A stretch of 64,000 bases of DNA from Eubacteriales bacterium (GTDB lineage Bacteria; Bacillota; Clostridia; Oscillospirales; UBA644), in assembly GCA_045603745.1 (NCBI GenBank), contig JAZUMQ010000049.1, positions 518 through 64,517 of the forward strand, written 5' to 3'. The notes below the pieces were generated by a model, which saw only the letters and a program-made list of their open reading frames with translations, ran no database searches and was not told the origin of the DNA. Shown here piece by piece: positions 20,133 through 29,687 of the stretch. Position 1 is the stretch's first letter; every line of letters begins with the position of its first letter. The position numbers and the translations under genes were made by a program.

Positions 20133-21611
20133 ATGGCAAATGCAAGCATTTATCAGGACATTGCCGCCCGGACGGGCGGAGACATTTACATCGGCGTTGT
20201 GGGTCCGGTACGAACCGGAAAATCCACCTTTATTAAGAAGTTTATGGAAGCCTTGGTTCTTCCCAATATCGCCGACCCCTACGGAAAGGATCGGGCGACC
20301 GACGAATTGCCTCAATCCGCCGCGGGACGAACCATTATGACCACCGAGCCGAAATTTATTCCCAACGAGGCGGTGGAAGTCAGTTTGCAGGAAAATGCGT
20401 CTTTCCGGGTACGAATGATTGATTGCGTGGGGTATATCGTTCCGGACGCTTTGGGATATATTGAAAACGATCAGCCCCGAATGGTGCGCACCCCTTGGTT
20501 TGAAGAACCGGTGCCCTTTAACATGGCGGCGGAAGTAGGAACCCAAAAAGTAATTCGAGAACATTCGACCATCGGACTTGTGGTAACCACCGACGGAAGT
20601 ATCAGTGAGATCGGAAGAGAAAGTTATCTGGAAGCGGAGGCGAGAGTCATCAAGGAATTACAGGAGATCAACAAACCCTTCGTGGTGTTGTTGAATTCCG
20701 TCTCCCCCAAAGCTCCGCAAACTGCAGAATTATGCGAAAAAATGAAGCAAGAATACGGCGTTCCGGTGTTGCCGGTAGATTGTATGAATCTCACCGAAAA
20801 AACGGTACGCAGAATCTTGGAACAGATCTTATTTGAATTCCCCATTCGGGAAATTGGGATCAAAATGCCCCCTTGGATCGGATTTCTGGAAGAAGATCAC
20901 CCCATTCGTAAAGGAGTCATGGACGATCTGTGTGAATCGGCGCGGTGCTTGAAAAAGATCCGGGAAACCGATGGATTGATCGAACGGCTGAGGGAAAATC
21001 CCTACATTATCGACACAGATTTGGACGGTGTGGAACTGGGGTGTGGGAAAGTTTCCATTCACGCCACGTTACCGCAAAATCTGTTTTATCAGATCCTGAG
21101 CGAAACTACAGGGGTCACGGTGGAAAACGAAGGGGATTTGATTGCCGTATTATCCGACCTTGCCCGGAGCAAGAGACAGGTGGAAAAATTATCCAACGCG
21201 TTCACGGAAGCGAATTTGAGGGGATACGGAATCGTCACGCCGTCCATCGAGGAACTTTCTTTAGAAGAGCCGGAAATCACGAAACAGGGAGGTCGGTACG
21301 GTGTTCGGTTAAAAGCATCGGCGCCTTCTTATCACATCATCAAAGCAACCATCGAAACTGAAGTTGCGCCCATCGTGGGAAGTGAAAAACAATCGGAAGA
21401 TCTGGTAAAATATCTGTTGACCGAGTTTGAAGAATCGCCTCAGAAAATTTGGGATAGCAACATTTTCGGGAAATCGTTGCACGAACTGGTAACGGAAGGG
21501 CTGCATACGAAATTAAATCATCTGTCCGACGATTCGCGGCTGAAGTTACAGGAAACCTTGGAGAGAATCACCAACGAAGGTAGCGGCGGACTGATCTGCA
21601 TTATACTTTAA
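20133..21611 (+). CDS. spoIVA: stage IV sporulation protein A (spore coat morphogenetic ATPase)
   Basis: 492 aa. The N-terminus IYQDIAARTGGDIYIGVVGPVRTGKSTFIKKFME closely matches B. subtilis SpoIVA. Confidence 0.92.
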   Translation: MANASIYQDIAARTGGDIYIGVVGPVRTGKSTFIKKFMEALVLPNIADPYGKDRATDELPQSAAGRTIMTTEPKFIPNEAVEVSLQENASFRVRMIDCVGYIVPDALGYIENDQPRMVRTPWFEEPVPFNMAAEVGTQKVIREHSTIGLVVTTDGSISEIGRESYLEAEARVIKELQEINKPFVVLLNSVSPKAPQTAELCEKMKQEYGVPVLPVDCMNLTEKTVRRILEQILFEFPIREIGIKMPPWIGFLEEDHPIRKGVMDDLCESARCLKKIRETDGLIERLRENPYIIDTDLDGVELGCGKVSIHATLPQNLFYQILSETTGVTVENEGDLIAVLSDLARSKRQVEKLSNAFTEANLRGYGIVTPSIEELSLEEPEITKQGGRYGVRLKASAPSYHIIKATIETEVAPIVGSEKQSEDLVKYLLTEFEESPQKIWDSNIFGKSLHELVTEGLHTKLNHLSDDSRLKLQETLERITNEGSGGLICIIL

Positions 21612-21616
21612 AAGTG

Positions 21617-21647
21617 AAAGGAGCGTGTTTTTCACGCTCCTTTTTTT
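21617..21647 (+). terminator. rho-independent terminator after spoIVA
   Basis: AAAGGAGCGTG-ttttt-CACGCTCCTTT followed by a T-run. Confidence 0.85.
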
Positions 21648-21651
21648 CACG

Positions 21652-21676
21652 AAAAAAGCGCCGCAAACTGCGGCGC
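21652..21676 (-). terminator. rho-independent terminator after yabR (minus strand)
   Basis: GCGCCGCA-gtt-TGCGGCGC followed by TTTTTT on the minus strand. Confidence 0.8.
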
Positions 21677-21705
21677 AATTCCTTTTATGAAGTTTATTCT
21701 AAACA

Positions 21706-22152
21706 TCATTTTCGGGAACGTTTTCGGCCTCTGCCGTCTTCTTTCGCTTTCAGGTCAGAAAGTTTGGAATCGGAATCCTGCTTAAATTTCTGCAACATAT
21801 CCTCGAAAGACGCGGGACCTTTGGGTTCTGCGGGGGCAAAATCAACCCGTAAATCAGGGCGGTATGTATTCTGAGCAGGGCGAGAAGGACGTTCCTGCCG
21901 GGCGGGTTGTTCCGGTTTAGGCATCGCCTGACGAATGGAAAGATTGATCCGTCCTTTGTCGTCGATGCTGACCACTTTAACCTTCACTTCGTCTCCCACG
22001 TTCAAATGCTCGCTGATGTCGGTGACAAAGCCCGTGGAAACCTCCGAAATATGCACAAGGCCGGACTTGCCTTCTTCCAATGCCACAAAGGCACCGAATT
22101 TCGCAATTCCGGTCACTTTTCCTTCTGTAATTACCCCGATTTCAATCGCCAT
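21706..22152 (-). CDS. yabR: S1 RNA-binding domain protein (YabR-like)
   Basis: MAIEIGVITEGKVTGIAKFGAFVALEEGKSGLVHISEV aligns with the B. subtilis YabR N-terminus, so ATG 22152 is preferred over the track TTG start at 22176. The position after divIC matches Bacillus synteny. Confidence 0.8.
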   Translation of the reverse strand: MAIEIGVITEGKVTGIAKFGAFVALEEGKSGLVHISEVSTGFVTDISEHLNVGDEVKVKVVSIDDKGRINLSIRQAMPKPEQPARQERPSRPAQNTYRPDLRVDFAPAEPKGPASFEDMLQKFKQDSDSKLSDLKAKEDGRGRKRSRK

Positions 22153-22222
22153 AAATTGGACGGTACGGTTTTGCAAAAGGGCAAACCGTACCCGACTCCC
22201 TTCCGTAATTTACAATATATAG

Positions 22223-22501
22223 TTAATAGCCAGTAATATCTTGATAGACCTTTTCATTTGGGTAGCCGTACCCCAGGTTATCCTCTGCCTGGTTCCGGTA
22301 AAAATCTTCTTTGTTTTCTTCCGACAGAATATCTTCAAACTCTCCGTTTTGAAGTTTCTGATCACGAATTTGTTGGGTAACGTCGTCAATTTCGGCATCT
22401 TTTTTAGCGATGTCAATCTTTTTCACCACGAAATTCGTCAAACAGACGGCAAAGACGACGATAAGGAAAATCTGAATCAACTGTTTAATTCTCTTGCGCA
22501 A
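22223..22501 (-). CDS. divIC: septum formation initiator (FtsB/DivIC family)
   Basis: One TM segment (IQIFLIVVFAVCLTNFVV) followed by a coiled coil. The track ORF extends to 22627 but would overlap yabQ by 143 nt. An in-frame TTG at 22501 gives a typical protein of about 92 aa. Confidence 0.65.
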   Translation of the reverse strand: MRKRIKQLIQIFLIVVFAVCLTNFVVKKIDIAKKDAEIDDVTQQIRDQKLQNGEFEDILSEENKEDFYRNQAEDNLGYGYPNEKVYQDITGY

Positions 22502-22901
22502 TGGTTTTCCCTGCTTTCGGTGAACTGTGATGTTGTGGCGTCTTACGTTTTTGGTGTCGTTTCCGTCGCTCTCGTTTTGATCGACGGAGAAAAAAGTTTT
22601 GAATCCGGTAACACAACCGGAGTACAATCAGCCCGACGGTAGAACGTTCTGTCAATCCTCCGGCAAGAAAAGCCAACAGGATAAAAAGGCGAACCGTTCC
22701 GTCATTGACCTCGAAAATAAAGAGAAAGGAGGCCAGGGCAGCAGTAAGGAAATAAAATAAATCCTGAAACAGAACTGCAACTGCGGGACATTTGACGAAT
22801 ACGCGAAATGCCCGGAGTACGTCATAGACTGCACCCAGGCATGCGCCAAACAACAGAGACCATAGCAATACGGACAACTGTTGCGCGTTGGAAAGAACCA
22901 T
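22485..22901 (-). CDS. yabQ: spore cortex biosynthesis protein YabQ
   Basis: 138 aa. TM-rich N-terminal part (LLWSLLFGACLGAVYDVLRAFR...) and a basic tail. It sits in yabP-yabQ-divIC synteny. Confidence 0.75.
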   Translation of the reverse strand: MVLSNAQQLSVLLWSLLFGACLGAVYDVLRAFRVFVKCPAVAVLFQDLFYFLTAALASFLFIFEVNDGTVRLFILLAFLAGGLTERSTVGLIVLRLCYRIQNFFLRRSKRERRKRHQKRKTPQHHSSPKAGKTIAQEN

Positions 22902-22916
22902 TCCTCACCCGCCCCC

Positions 22917-23177
22917 TTACTTAAAAATGCGGGTGAGGAAGGATTCCCTTTTTCGTCTTAATTTGGTATATTCCAGGCAGTCCACCGTTCCTTCCACGTC
23001 GACTTCTCCGACGTCGAGGGAGAGGCGGGAGATGCGGAGGGTCTTCCCTTTCACAAGAAGATCGCCCAATACCGTTACCATGGAAATACTGTTCTCGTCA
23101 AAACCGCAAACTTCCGTCACCCCGGAAACCGAGAGTGAAGCGCGGTTATGCAGAACCAAGTTTTGTGTATCGGTCAT
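22917..23177 (-). CDS. yabP: sporulation protein YabP
   Basis: 86 aa. The HNRASLSVSGVTEVCGFDENSI...LLVKGKTLRISRLSLDVGEVDVEG pattern is typical of YabP. Confidence 0.85.
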   Translation of the reverse strand: MTDTQNLVLHNRASLSVSGVTEVCGFDENSISMVTVLGDLLVKGKTLRISRLSLDVGEVDVEGTVDCLEYTKLRRKRESFLTRIFK

Positions 23178-23219
23178 TCTTGCATCACTCCTCTACCCTA
23201 AAGGATATGAGGAATCGAT

Positions 23220-23462
23220 TCATTCTATGACACGGTACATCGTTTCGGCATCCGCCTTTTGGGAATGTTCCGCAACGCGAACCACTTCCACTTTCAAAGG
23301 AGCATTGCCGAGGGATACCTCCAGAATGTCGCCGACCTTCACGTCGTGGGCGGGCTTTGCGGGCTTACCGTTGACGCTGACACGGGAAGCGGAACAAGCA
23401 TCGCTTGCAACCGTTCGCCGTTTGATCAGACGAGACACTTTGAGATATTTATCAAGACGCAT
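23220..23462 (-). CDS. yabO: S4-domain RNA-binding protein (YabO/Hsp15-like)
   Basis: 80 aa. MRLDKYLKVSRLIKRRTVA... is the S4 motif, and synteny supports the call. Confidence 0.8.
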   Translation of the reverse strand: MRLDKYLKVSRLIKRRTVASDACSASRVSVNGKPAKPAHDVKVGDILEVSLGNAPLKVEVVRVAEHSQKADAETMYRVIE

Positions 23463-23465
23463 TTC

Positions 23466-23741
23466 TTATTTCACAGCATCCTTCAGAATGCGACCAGCCT
23501 TGAAAACGGGAACTTTGGTAGCGGGGATCTTAATGGTTTCTTCGGGCTTCTGGGGATTGCGGCCTTCTCTTGCAGCTCTTTCACGAACGTCGAAGTTACC
23601 AAAACCAACCAGCTGAACCTTTTCGCCGGCTTTCAGGGTTTCGGTGATGGTGTCCAGAACACATTCCAGGTAAGCGGCAGCGTCCTTCTTGGAGACGTCC
23701 AGTTTTTCTGCGACTGCAGAGATCAGTTCAAACTTATTCAT
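23466..23741 (-). CDS. hup: DNA-binding protein HU
   Basis: 91 aa. [13 protein letters not shown]...[23 protein letters not shown]...[12 protein letters not shown] is the canonical HU sequence. Confidence 0.95.
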   Translation of the reverse strand: MNKFELISAVAEKLDVSKKDAAAYLECVLDTITETLKAGEKVQLVGFGNFDVRERAAREGRNPQKPEETIKIPATKVPVFKAGRILKDAVK

Positions 23742-23883
23742 TTTCTTTTCTCCTTTAAGAAAAAATATTATTTTAGTTCCCCTTTTCGGGTATGAACTTA
23801 CACAAAATGTACCCCGCTGATCCCAGCGCGGATAGAAACCCGGTTTTTTCGCAGGACCGCAAGGAAAAACCGGGACTATAACT

Positions 23884-23912
23884 ATTTTACACTATTTTCC
23901 CGCATTTTGCAA
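23884..23912 (-). promoter_or_regulatory. strong sigma-A promoter of hup
   Basis: Minus strand: TTGCAA (23912-23907), 17-nt spacer, TGTAAAAT extended -10 (-10 hexamer 23889-23884). A 5-prime UTR of about 140 nt with hairpins follows. Confidence 0.6.
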
Positions 23913-23920
23913 GAGGCTTG

Positions 23921-25513
23921 TTAAGATTTCTTAAAAGTTTTCCGTATTTCACAAATTGTGACCAGTTTTATTAGAAAAATTAGTGCAATATAAACAATGA
24001 TTCCGACGATTATTTCGGGGAAAATTGCCCAACGGGTGGTGGCAAAATTTCCCAATGCCAAAATTGTAAGTTTTACGGCACCGTAACAACCGGCGGCACA
24101 GACCAAGGGCTTGAGGAAAATATCGCGGAATTTCGGGATATACCCCAAGTATTTTCGGATAAAAAACAGGTTCATGAGAAGAACAATGGGGTATGCGATA
24201 TTGGTAGAAAGAGGGGCTCCGTAAATATTGATCTGAGGGAAAGTAACCATGATAAACGTGGTGATCGTTTTGATCAGCGAACCCACCGCAACGGAGACGA
24301 CAGACATATGCGCCTTTCCTACCGATTGCAAAATTGAAGCGGTGACGTTGGTAATTCCCACCGAAACAAGCGCAATCGAAATAATGGAAAGCAAGTTGGT
24401 GGCAATTTCAATATTCGCTTCGGATTGTGCTCCGTAAAACAGTCGTACCGCCCCTTCCGAAACGGCGCTGAGACCAAATCCACACCCAAAGGCTAAGATG
24501 GAAGCGTACTTTAACGCTTTGTCCAAGGTGGTACGAATTCCGTCCTTGTCGTTGCGGGCATATGCCATGGAAATGGAAGGAACAAGACTGGTTCCAATGG
24601 ACGTAATCAAAAAAGAAGGCAGATTGTAAATAGGAAGAGCCATACTGCCGTAACAACCCCAGCGAACGTTTGCTTGGGAAATGTCGAGATAGATTTTCAT
24701 TCGGTTGACAACGAAGAAAGAATCGACGGCACTCATCAGCGTAGAAGTCACCGATGAGATCATAATGGGAAAGGTAATGGAAAGAAAATCCTTGGTCAAA
24801 ACCTTTCGGGAGGTGGGCGCCTCGGCAGGAACACCGAATTCGGCAGATAAACGATAAGAATCGCCCCGCAGAAGGTATCGCAACAACATAAAGACCGAGG
24901 AAACCACGGTTCCCAAGGTAACACCTGCCATAGCGCCGCCTACCACAACAGGAGAAGGAAAGCCTTGCAAGTGAAGAATCAGTGCAATCCCATAGCCGGC
25001 AACCAATTTAAAGGTTGCTTCGATGACGTTGGACCAGGCGGTAGGTACCATATTATTGTGTCCCTGAAAAAAGCCACGGAACACCGCAACGGCAGAAATA
25101 AAGAACACCGCGGGCATGATTGCCAAAACGCAATAGTACGCCTCATCGGAATTCATCAACCGCGCCAAGGGACGGGCAAAAAGGATTCCTAAAAGGGAGA
25201 GAGTTGCGCCAAGAACCACGAAGATCGACGCGGCAATTTTCAAAACGGAAGAAATATCTTTATACTTCTTCGTCGCAATGGAACGGGCCACCATAGTGGA
25301 AATACCCGTGGGAATTCCGGCAGTTGCCAAGGCAAGAAGAAAATTGTAAATCGAATACGCCGAACCGAAATATCCCATGGCTTCCGGCCCAACCAGGTTC
25401 GTCAGGGGAATCTTAAATACCGCCCCACACAACTTGGAAAGAAAACCGGAAAGGGACAATACCATTGCCCCGATCAAAAACCCCTTACGAGGCTGTTTTA
25501 CGTTTTTGGTCAT
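23921..25513 (-). CDS. MOP-superfamily polysaccharide/lipid II flippase (SpoVB / YabM / MurJ-like)
   Basis: 530 aa with about 14 TM segments. The N-terminus GFLSKLCGAVFKIPLTNLVGPEAMGYFGSAYSIY is typical, and the position upstream of the yabO-P-Q block matches Bacillus yabM. Confidence 0.8.
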   Translation of the reverse strand: MTKNVKQPRKGFLIGAMVLSLSGFLSKLCGAVFKIPLTNLVGPEAMGYFGSAYSIYNFLLALATAGIPTGISTMVARSIATKKYKDISSVLKIAASIFVVLGATLSLLGILFARPLARLMNSDEAYYCVLAIMPAVFFISAVAVFRGFFQGHNNMVPTAWSNVIEATFKLVAGYGIALILHLQGFPSPVVVGGAMAGVTLGTVVSSVFMLLRYLLRGDSYRLSAEFGVPAEAPTSRKVLTKDFLSITFPIMISSVTSTLMSAVDSFFVVNRMKIYLDISQANVRWGCYGSMALPIYNLPSFLITSIGTSLVPSISMAYARNDKDGIRTTLDKALKYASILAFGCGFGLSAVSEGAVRLFYGAQSEANIEIATNLLSIISIALVSVGITNVTASILQSVGKAHMSVVSVAVGSLIKTITTFIMVTFPQINIYGAPLSTNIAYPIVLLMNLFFIRKYLGYIPKFRDIFLKPLVCAAGCYGAVKLTILALGNFATTRWAIFPEIIVGIIVYIALIFLIKLVTICEIRKTFKKS

Positions 25514-26187
25514 ACCAAACCCTCAAAATAAGCGACGATAATTTTCTCGGTCTCTTCGACGGCAGAAACTAAAAACGTGGGAAAATCCACCTCAGACTGC
25601 TCGTTAGCATTGTCGGAAATTGCCCGCAGAACCCCGCAGGGAATTCCGGCTGCAGCACAGACCTGAGCCACGGCGCCTCCTTCCATTTCACAGGCTAAGG
25701 CATCGTAGTGATCCCGAATTCGGGACGCGGTGACAGAGTCTCCCACAAAGCGGTCTCCGGTAGCGATTCGCCCCAAAGACAACCGTTCTTCCGGCAAAAC
25801 GGAACGGGCAGCAGTCATAAGGGCATGGGAAATCGTTTCGTCACAGGGAGAAATCAGCCCGTCGTCTTCCCCGATGGCGGTTAAATCAAAATCGTACTGA
25901 ATTGTATCGGTACCGATTACTACGTGTCCGGTCACAATTCCTTTTCCCACTCCGCCGGCAACCCCAACGTTAATAATGGCTTTGGGAGAGTAACGAAGAA
26001 TAGCAGTTTGGGTACAAAGAGCGGCATTGACCTTCCCCACACCGCATTTTACCACGGTTACAGGCTGTCCACAAAGAAGGCCGGAAGAAAAGGTGAGATT
26101 TCCCACCGTTTCATCGGTACGGTCTTGAAGCATGGCACGAAACCCTTGCGCCTCCGAATCCATGGCGCAAATCAAAAGATGGCTCAA
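25510..26187 (-). CDS. mtnN: 5-prime-methylthioadenosine/S-adenosylhomocysteine nucleosidase
   Basis: 225 aa. CGVGKVNAA, INVGVAGG, EMEGGAVAQVC and LRAISDNA motifs. Confidence 0.85.
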   Translation of the reverse strand: MSHLLICAMDSEAQGFRAMLQDRTDETVGNLTFSSGLLCGQPVTVVKCGVGKVNAALCTQTAILRYSPKAIINVGVAGGVGKGIVTGHVVIGTDTIQYDFDLTAIGEDDGLISPCDETISHALMTAARSVLPEERLSLGRIATGDRFVGDSVTASRIRDHYDALACEMEGGAVAQVCAAAGIPCGVLRAISDNANEQSEVDFPTFLVSAVEETEKIIVAYFEGLV

Positions 26188-26459
26188 AGCTCCTCCTTCA
26201 GAGCCGAAATGCTCTGCTTCAGATCATTGATCTCATTATAAATTTTTTGCATATCTTCATTCATCGAAAGTTCACCCGCGTCCATCACGTCACAGGCAAG
26301 TTTCCCCAAACGACGGTATTTCCGGGCAAGAGCGTTTTTCAACTCGGCAATCTTCCATTTGACCCGGGCAATTTCCGCCAAGTCAAGGGCAGTCTCCCCT
26401 GCCTTACGCAAAACCTGTTTTCCGGTAGTGACGGCATTGTCAAAAATTTCGTTATTCAT
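26184..26459 (-). CDS. hypothetical coiled-coil protein (91 aa)
   Basis: ATG 26459 follows AGGAGG; the track ORF start at 26513 was trimmed. Heptad-like sequence with no known domain. Confidence 0.55.
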   Translation of the reverse strand: MNNEIFDNAVTTGKQVLRKAGETALDLAEIARVKWKIAELKNALARKYRRLGKLACDVMDAGELSMNEDMQKIYNEINDLKQSISALKEEL

Positions 26460-26562
26460 AAAATACCTCCTGTCTGCAAAAAAAGGTCGAAAAGTTTTTC
26501 CCGACTTGGGCATTCCTTCGCGGTTTTTCGCAGAAATTATCAGTTATAATATATTCGATGTT

Positions 26563-27180
26563 TTACTTCTCCGTTTCTTCCTTAACTTGGCCGCCCGGTT
26601 CGGACGGTCCTTTTTTTTCGGACGGAAAAAGTTCATCGTATTTCGCACGGATACGCAGAAGATCGGCATAGGCGTCCCGCTTGAGATTCTCGTTGCGCAA
26701 CAATGCGGCGGGGTGGAAGGTTGCGATTAACCAAAATCCTTTTCGCTCATACCAAACCCCATGAGAGCGCATAATGGAAAAAGACGGATCGATCAACGTC
26801 GTTGCGGCGACCTTGCCAAGGCAAACAATAATTTTTGGGCGGATCAGCTTGGTCTGCGCCCGTAAATATGGCATACACGCCTGGCGTTCTTCCGGCAAGG
26901 GATCTCGATTATGAGGCGGGCGGCATTTGACGATGTTTGCGATATAAACGTTTTCTTGCCTGCTCATACCGATGCAAGAAAGCATTTTGTCCAACAAAAT
27001 CCCCGCCTTGCCGACAAAGGGCTCTCCCTTCAGATCCTCTTGTTCCCCCGGACCTTCTCCGACGAACAGAATATCTGCAGAAGGGTTTCCCACACCGAAC
27101 ACCATATTGGCACGAGACTGCCCCAAAGGACAACGGTGACAAGTATCACAGGCGGCGCGCAAAGTTTCCCAATCGGTCAA
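26563..27180 (-). CDS. uracil-DNA glycosylase, family 4
   Basis: 205 aa. CHRCPL, GEGPGEQED, the FVGKAG motif and the C-terminal HPAALLRN motif. Confidence 0.85.
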   Translation of the reverse strand: MTDWETLRAACDTCHRCPLGQSRANMVFGVGNPSADILFVGEGPGEQEDLKGEPFVGKAGILLDKMLSCIGMSRQENVYIANIVKCRPPHNRDPLPEERQACMPYLRAQTKLIRPKIIVCLGKVAATTLIDPSFSIMRSHGVWYERKGFWLIATFHPAALLRNENLKRDAYADLLRIRAKYDELFPSEKKGPSEPGGQVKEETEK

Positions 27181-27303
27181 GAAAATCCTTCCTTCCGTTT
27201 AAGATATGCATTCCCGTCCGACGGTATGCGAAAAAAGAGAGCGATATGCTATTTTAAACTTTCTATAGGAAAAGAATAAGAGCAGAACAATATTTTAATT
27301 GTC

Positions 27304-27564
27304 TCAAGCCCAGAACATATCGCCTTTTTCCTCAAAGGTAATGGCATTTTTCAAAACAGACATTGCCTTACGCAACCCTTCTTTGGGAGACATAAGAGCA
27401 TCTTCATGTTCAATACTCATAACGTAATCGTAGTCGATAGTGCGAAGGGCAAAAACAATATCTTTCCAATATTTTTCGTCGTTACCTTATCCGACCGAAC
27501 GGAAACGCCAACCGCGCCCGGCAATATCGCCATAATGTTTGGTATTCAAAACACCTAATTTCAT
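27304..27564 (-). pseudogene. remnant (C-terminal ~85 codons) of a xylose-isomerase-like TIM-barrel sugar phosphate isomerase/epimerase, interrupted by an in-frame TAA
   Basis: Manual translation gives MKLGVLNTKHYGDIAGRGWRFRSVG*GNDEKYWKDIVFALRTIDYDYVMSIEHEDALMSPKEGLRKAMSVLKNAITFEEKGDMFWA*. The ..W.FRS.G.G...W..I...L....Y....SIEHED pattern is the C-terminus of that family. The premature stop is at 27489-27487, and the N-terminal roughly 200 codons are missing. Confidence 0.65.
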
Positions 27565-27572
27565 GAGGACGT

Positions 27573-28157
27573 TTAATATTCCACTACATCAACAGAGACG
27601 ATGGATACGTCTTCCAAGGGTTTGTCGCTACCGTTCCGAGGAACGTTACAAATGGCGTCAACAATGTCCATACCTTCATAAACCTGACCGAAAACAGTAT
27701 GACGGAAATCCAGCCAAGGAGTCCCACCCAATTCGGCATATTCGTTGGCAATATCTTCCGGATAAACCTGGCGAACCTGTTGCATCATACGGGGATCGAC
27801 GGAAGAAGCCTGAACGATAAAGAACTGACTTCCGTTGGTATTCGGACCGCTGTTTGCCATAGAAAGAGCACCGCGTAAATTGAACAATTCCCGAGAAAAC
27901 TCATCGGGGAACGGTCTTCCCCAAATACTTTCGCCGCCCATTCCGGTTCCGGTAGGGTCTCCGCCTTGGATCATAAAATCGGGAATGACGCGATGGAAGA
28001 TGATTCCGTTATAGTATCCGTTTTTCGCGTGAGTCAGAAAATTTTCTACGGTTTTGGGGGCTTGTTCGGGGAAAAATTTCACCGAAATATCTCCCATCGT
28101 AGTATGAATTCGAGCAATGGTTTCTCCAGCGACAGGGAGAGAAGTTTGATGGTTCAT
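27573..28157 (-). CDS. ppiB: peptidyl-prolyl cis-trans isomerase, cyclophilin type
   Basis: 194 aa. [27 protein letters not shown] and [16 protein letters not shown] motifs. Confidence 0.92.
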   Translation of the reverse strand: MNHQTSLPVAGETIARIHTTMGDISVKFFPEQAPKTVENFLTHAKNGYYNGIIFHRVIPDFMIQGGDPTGTGMGGESIWGRPFPDEFSRELFNLRGALSMANSGPNTNGSQFFIVQASSVDPRMMQQVRQVYPEDIANEYAELGGTPWLDFRHTVFGQVYEGMDIVDAICNVPRNGSDKPLEDVSIVSVDVVEY

Positions 28158-28168
28158 AAGGATTCTCC

Positions 28169-28603
28169 TTAGTAATAAAATTCATTCATAATGTTGTTAA
28201 GATACGTAAAAACCGTTTCGGCATTGACACCGATAATCAGCCATAAAATCAAAGAAATTCCCAAAGCAACGGAAGAAAGAATGATTCCGAGAGAACGCAA
28301 TCTCCGGAATTTTTTCGTTTTTCCGCAAACACAAAGAATCAGCGCCGCCAGTTGCAAGGGCGACGTCATAAGAGTAGCAACCCCCATCAAGGATAAAACA
28401 AATCCGGCAATCGCTATGCGGTCGGATTTTGGATCTTCTGAATCTTTTTGAGGTGGCAAACCCGGTTCCGGCTGGGGGATCGAGGATACAACAGAGGACG
28501 CGGGGGATTTGGGAAGATCAAATTTGGGAAAATAAACGCCGCAAATTTCACAACGTTCGGACGCATCGGCGTTAGAACAGCCGCAGACAGAACAAGTTTT
28601 CAT
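28169..28603 (-). CDS. zinc-ribbon membrane protein
   Basis: [16 protein letters not shown] zinc ribbon, followed by two TM segments. ATG 28603 follows GAGG; the track GTG start is at 28615. Confidence 0.6.
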   Translation of the reverse strand: MKTCSVCGCSNADASERCEICGVYFPKFDLPKSPASSVVSSIPQPEPGLPPQKDSEDPKSDRIAIAGFVLSLMGVATLMTSPLQLAALILCVCGKTKKFRRLRSLGIILSSVALGISLILWLIIGVNAETVFTYLNNIMNEFYY

Positions 28604-28611
28604 GGTATGCC

Positions 28612-29475
28612 TCACTTTGTTTCGAGAGATTGGACGTACTGTTTCAGGTAGTCAAGTTGCGTTTGAAGATAATCCCGGTATTCGTTCAGCGTCCACTGTT
28701 CCTCCTGCATTTCCTTAGCGGCCTCGACCCCTACGTAGCGGTAATGAACGGTATTGGCTTCTTTTCCGGTCTGCTCTTCCTCCCCGGCGGGGTAGCTGAG
28801 GATAAAGCCGTATTTATATATGGTGTCGGTCAAAAACTCTTCAAACGTACGTCCGTCCGATCCGAGAAGGGTCATTTCCTTTTTGGAAAAATCTACGGCA
28901 AACCCCAGTTGGTGTTCCGAACAGTTTACGGAACCAACGGAAGAGGCTGCCATCGAGCGCGCCTTTTCCGCGGGATAACCGGCGTTCATAAAGCCTTCAA
29001 CGGCGTCGTCGTATGCCTTTTTCTGCTGTTTTTCGGTACGATAAGCGGCAGTAACCGAGGCAGCATGCCCGGCTTTATCGGCGGCGGCGAGAAATTCGTT
29101 GAATTTTGCAGCAGCCGTGGATTCCAACTTCAGCGTCTCATATCCGGTCAATAAGGTTAATTCCCCCACGTCATACCCTTCGGGAATAGGAGAAGATTCT
29201 CCGACAGACATCAGATAGGGAGAATCCAACAAGGTCTGAAAATTATTCATTTTCCCTTGTACTTCAGCGATGATAGAAGACAACTGCTCGCGATCCGTGG
29301 TCTGCTGACTGTCGGTGCTTCCGGCAGTATGATTCACGTCGGAATCCCCTCCTTCAGAAGAAAAGAGATTTCCTGCCCCTAAAAAGCAAAAAGCAAAGAT
29401 GGCTAAAGTTAAAACGGTCAAGACCGTCAACCCGATAATTGCAACGCGATTTTCCGTAAGTTTTTGTTCGTCCAT
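28612..29475 (-). CDS. membrane-anchored D-alanyl-D-alanine carboxypeptidase (VanY / peptidase M15B)
   Basis: SEHQLGFAVDF and RYVG motifs, with an N-terminal TM segment. ATG 29475 follows GGAGGGGA; the track ORF extended to 29640. Confidence 0.75.
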   Translation of the reverse strand: MDEQKLTENRVAIIGLTVLTVLTLAIFAFCFLGAGNLFSSEGGDSDVNHTAGSTDSQQTTDREQLSSIIAEVQGKMNNFQTLLDSPYLMSVGESSPIPEGYDVGELTLLTGYETLKLESTAAAKFNEFLAAADKAGHAASVTAAYRTEKQQKKAYDDAVEGFMNAGYPAEKARSMAASSVGSVNCSEHQLGFAVDFSKKEMTLLGSDGRTFEEFLTDTIYKYGFILSYPAGEEEQTGKEANTVHYRYVGVEAAKEMQEEQWTLNEYRDYLQTQLDYLKQYVQSLETK

Positions 29476-29687
29476 GAAATAATCCCCTCCGGAGCGATCT
29501 CTCCGGTCATAATAGTTATAATAATTTATTATATCATAACATATTCTTCCTCGTTTGTCAAGGCAACAGGAAATTTTTTCAGAAAAGTGTCGAGGAGTTT
29601 TTTCAGTGCGTAAAAAACTATAAAAATCTCCCCGAAACAAAATCTGCTTCGGGGAGAAATTTTATGTTATCAAATAAATCTGCCGGG

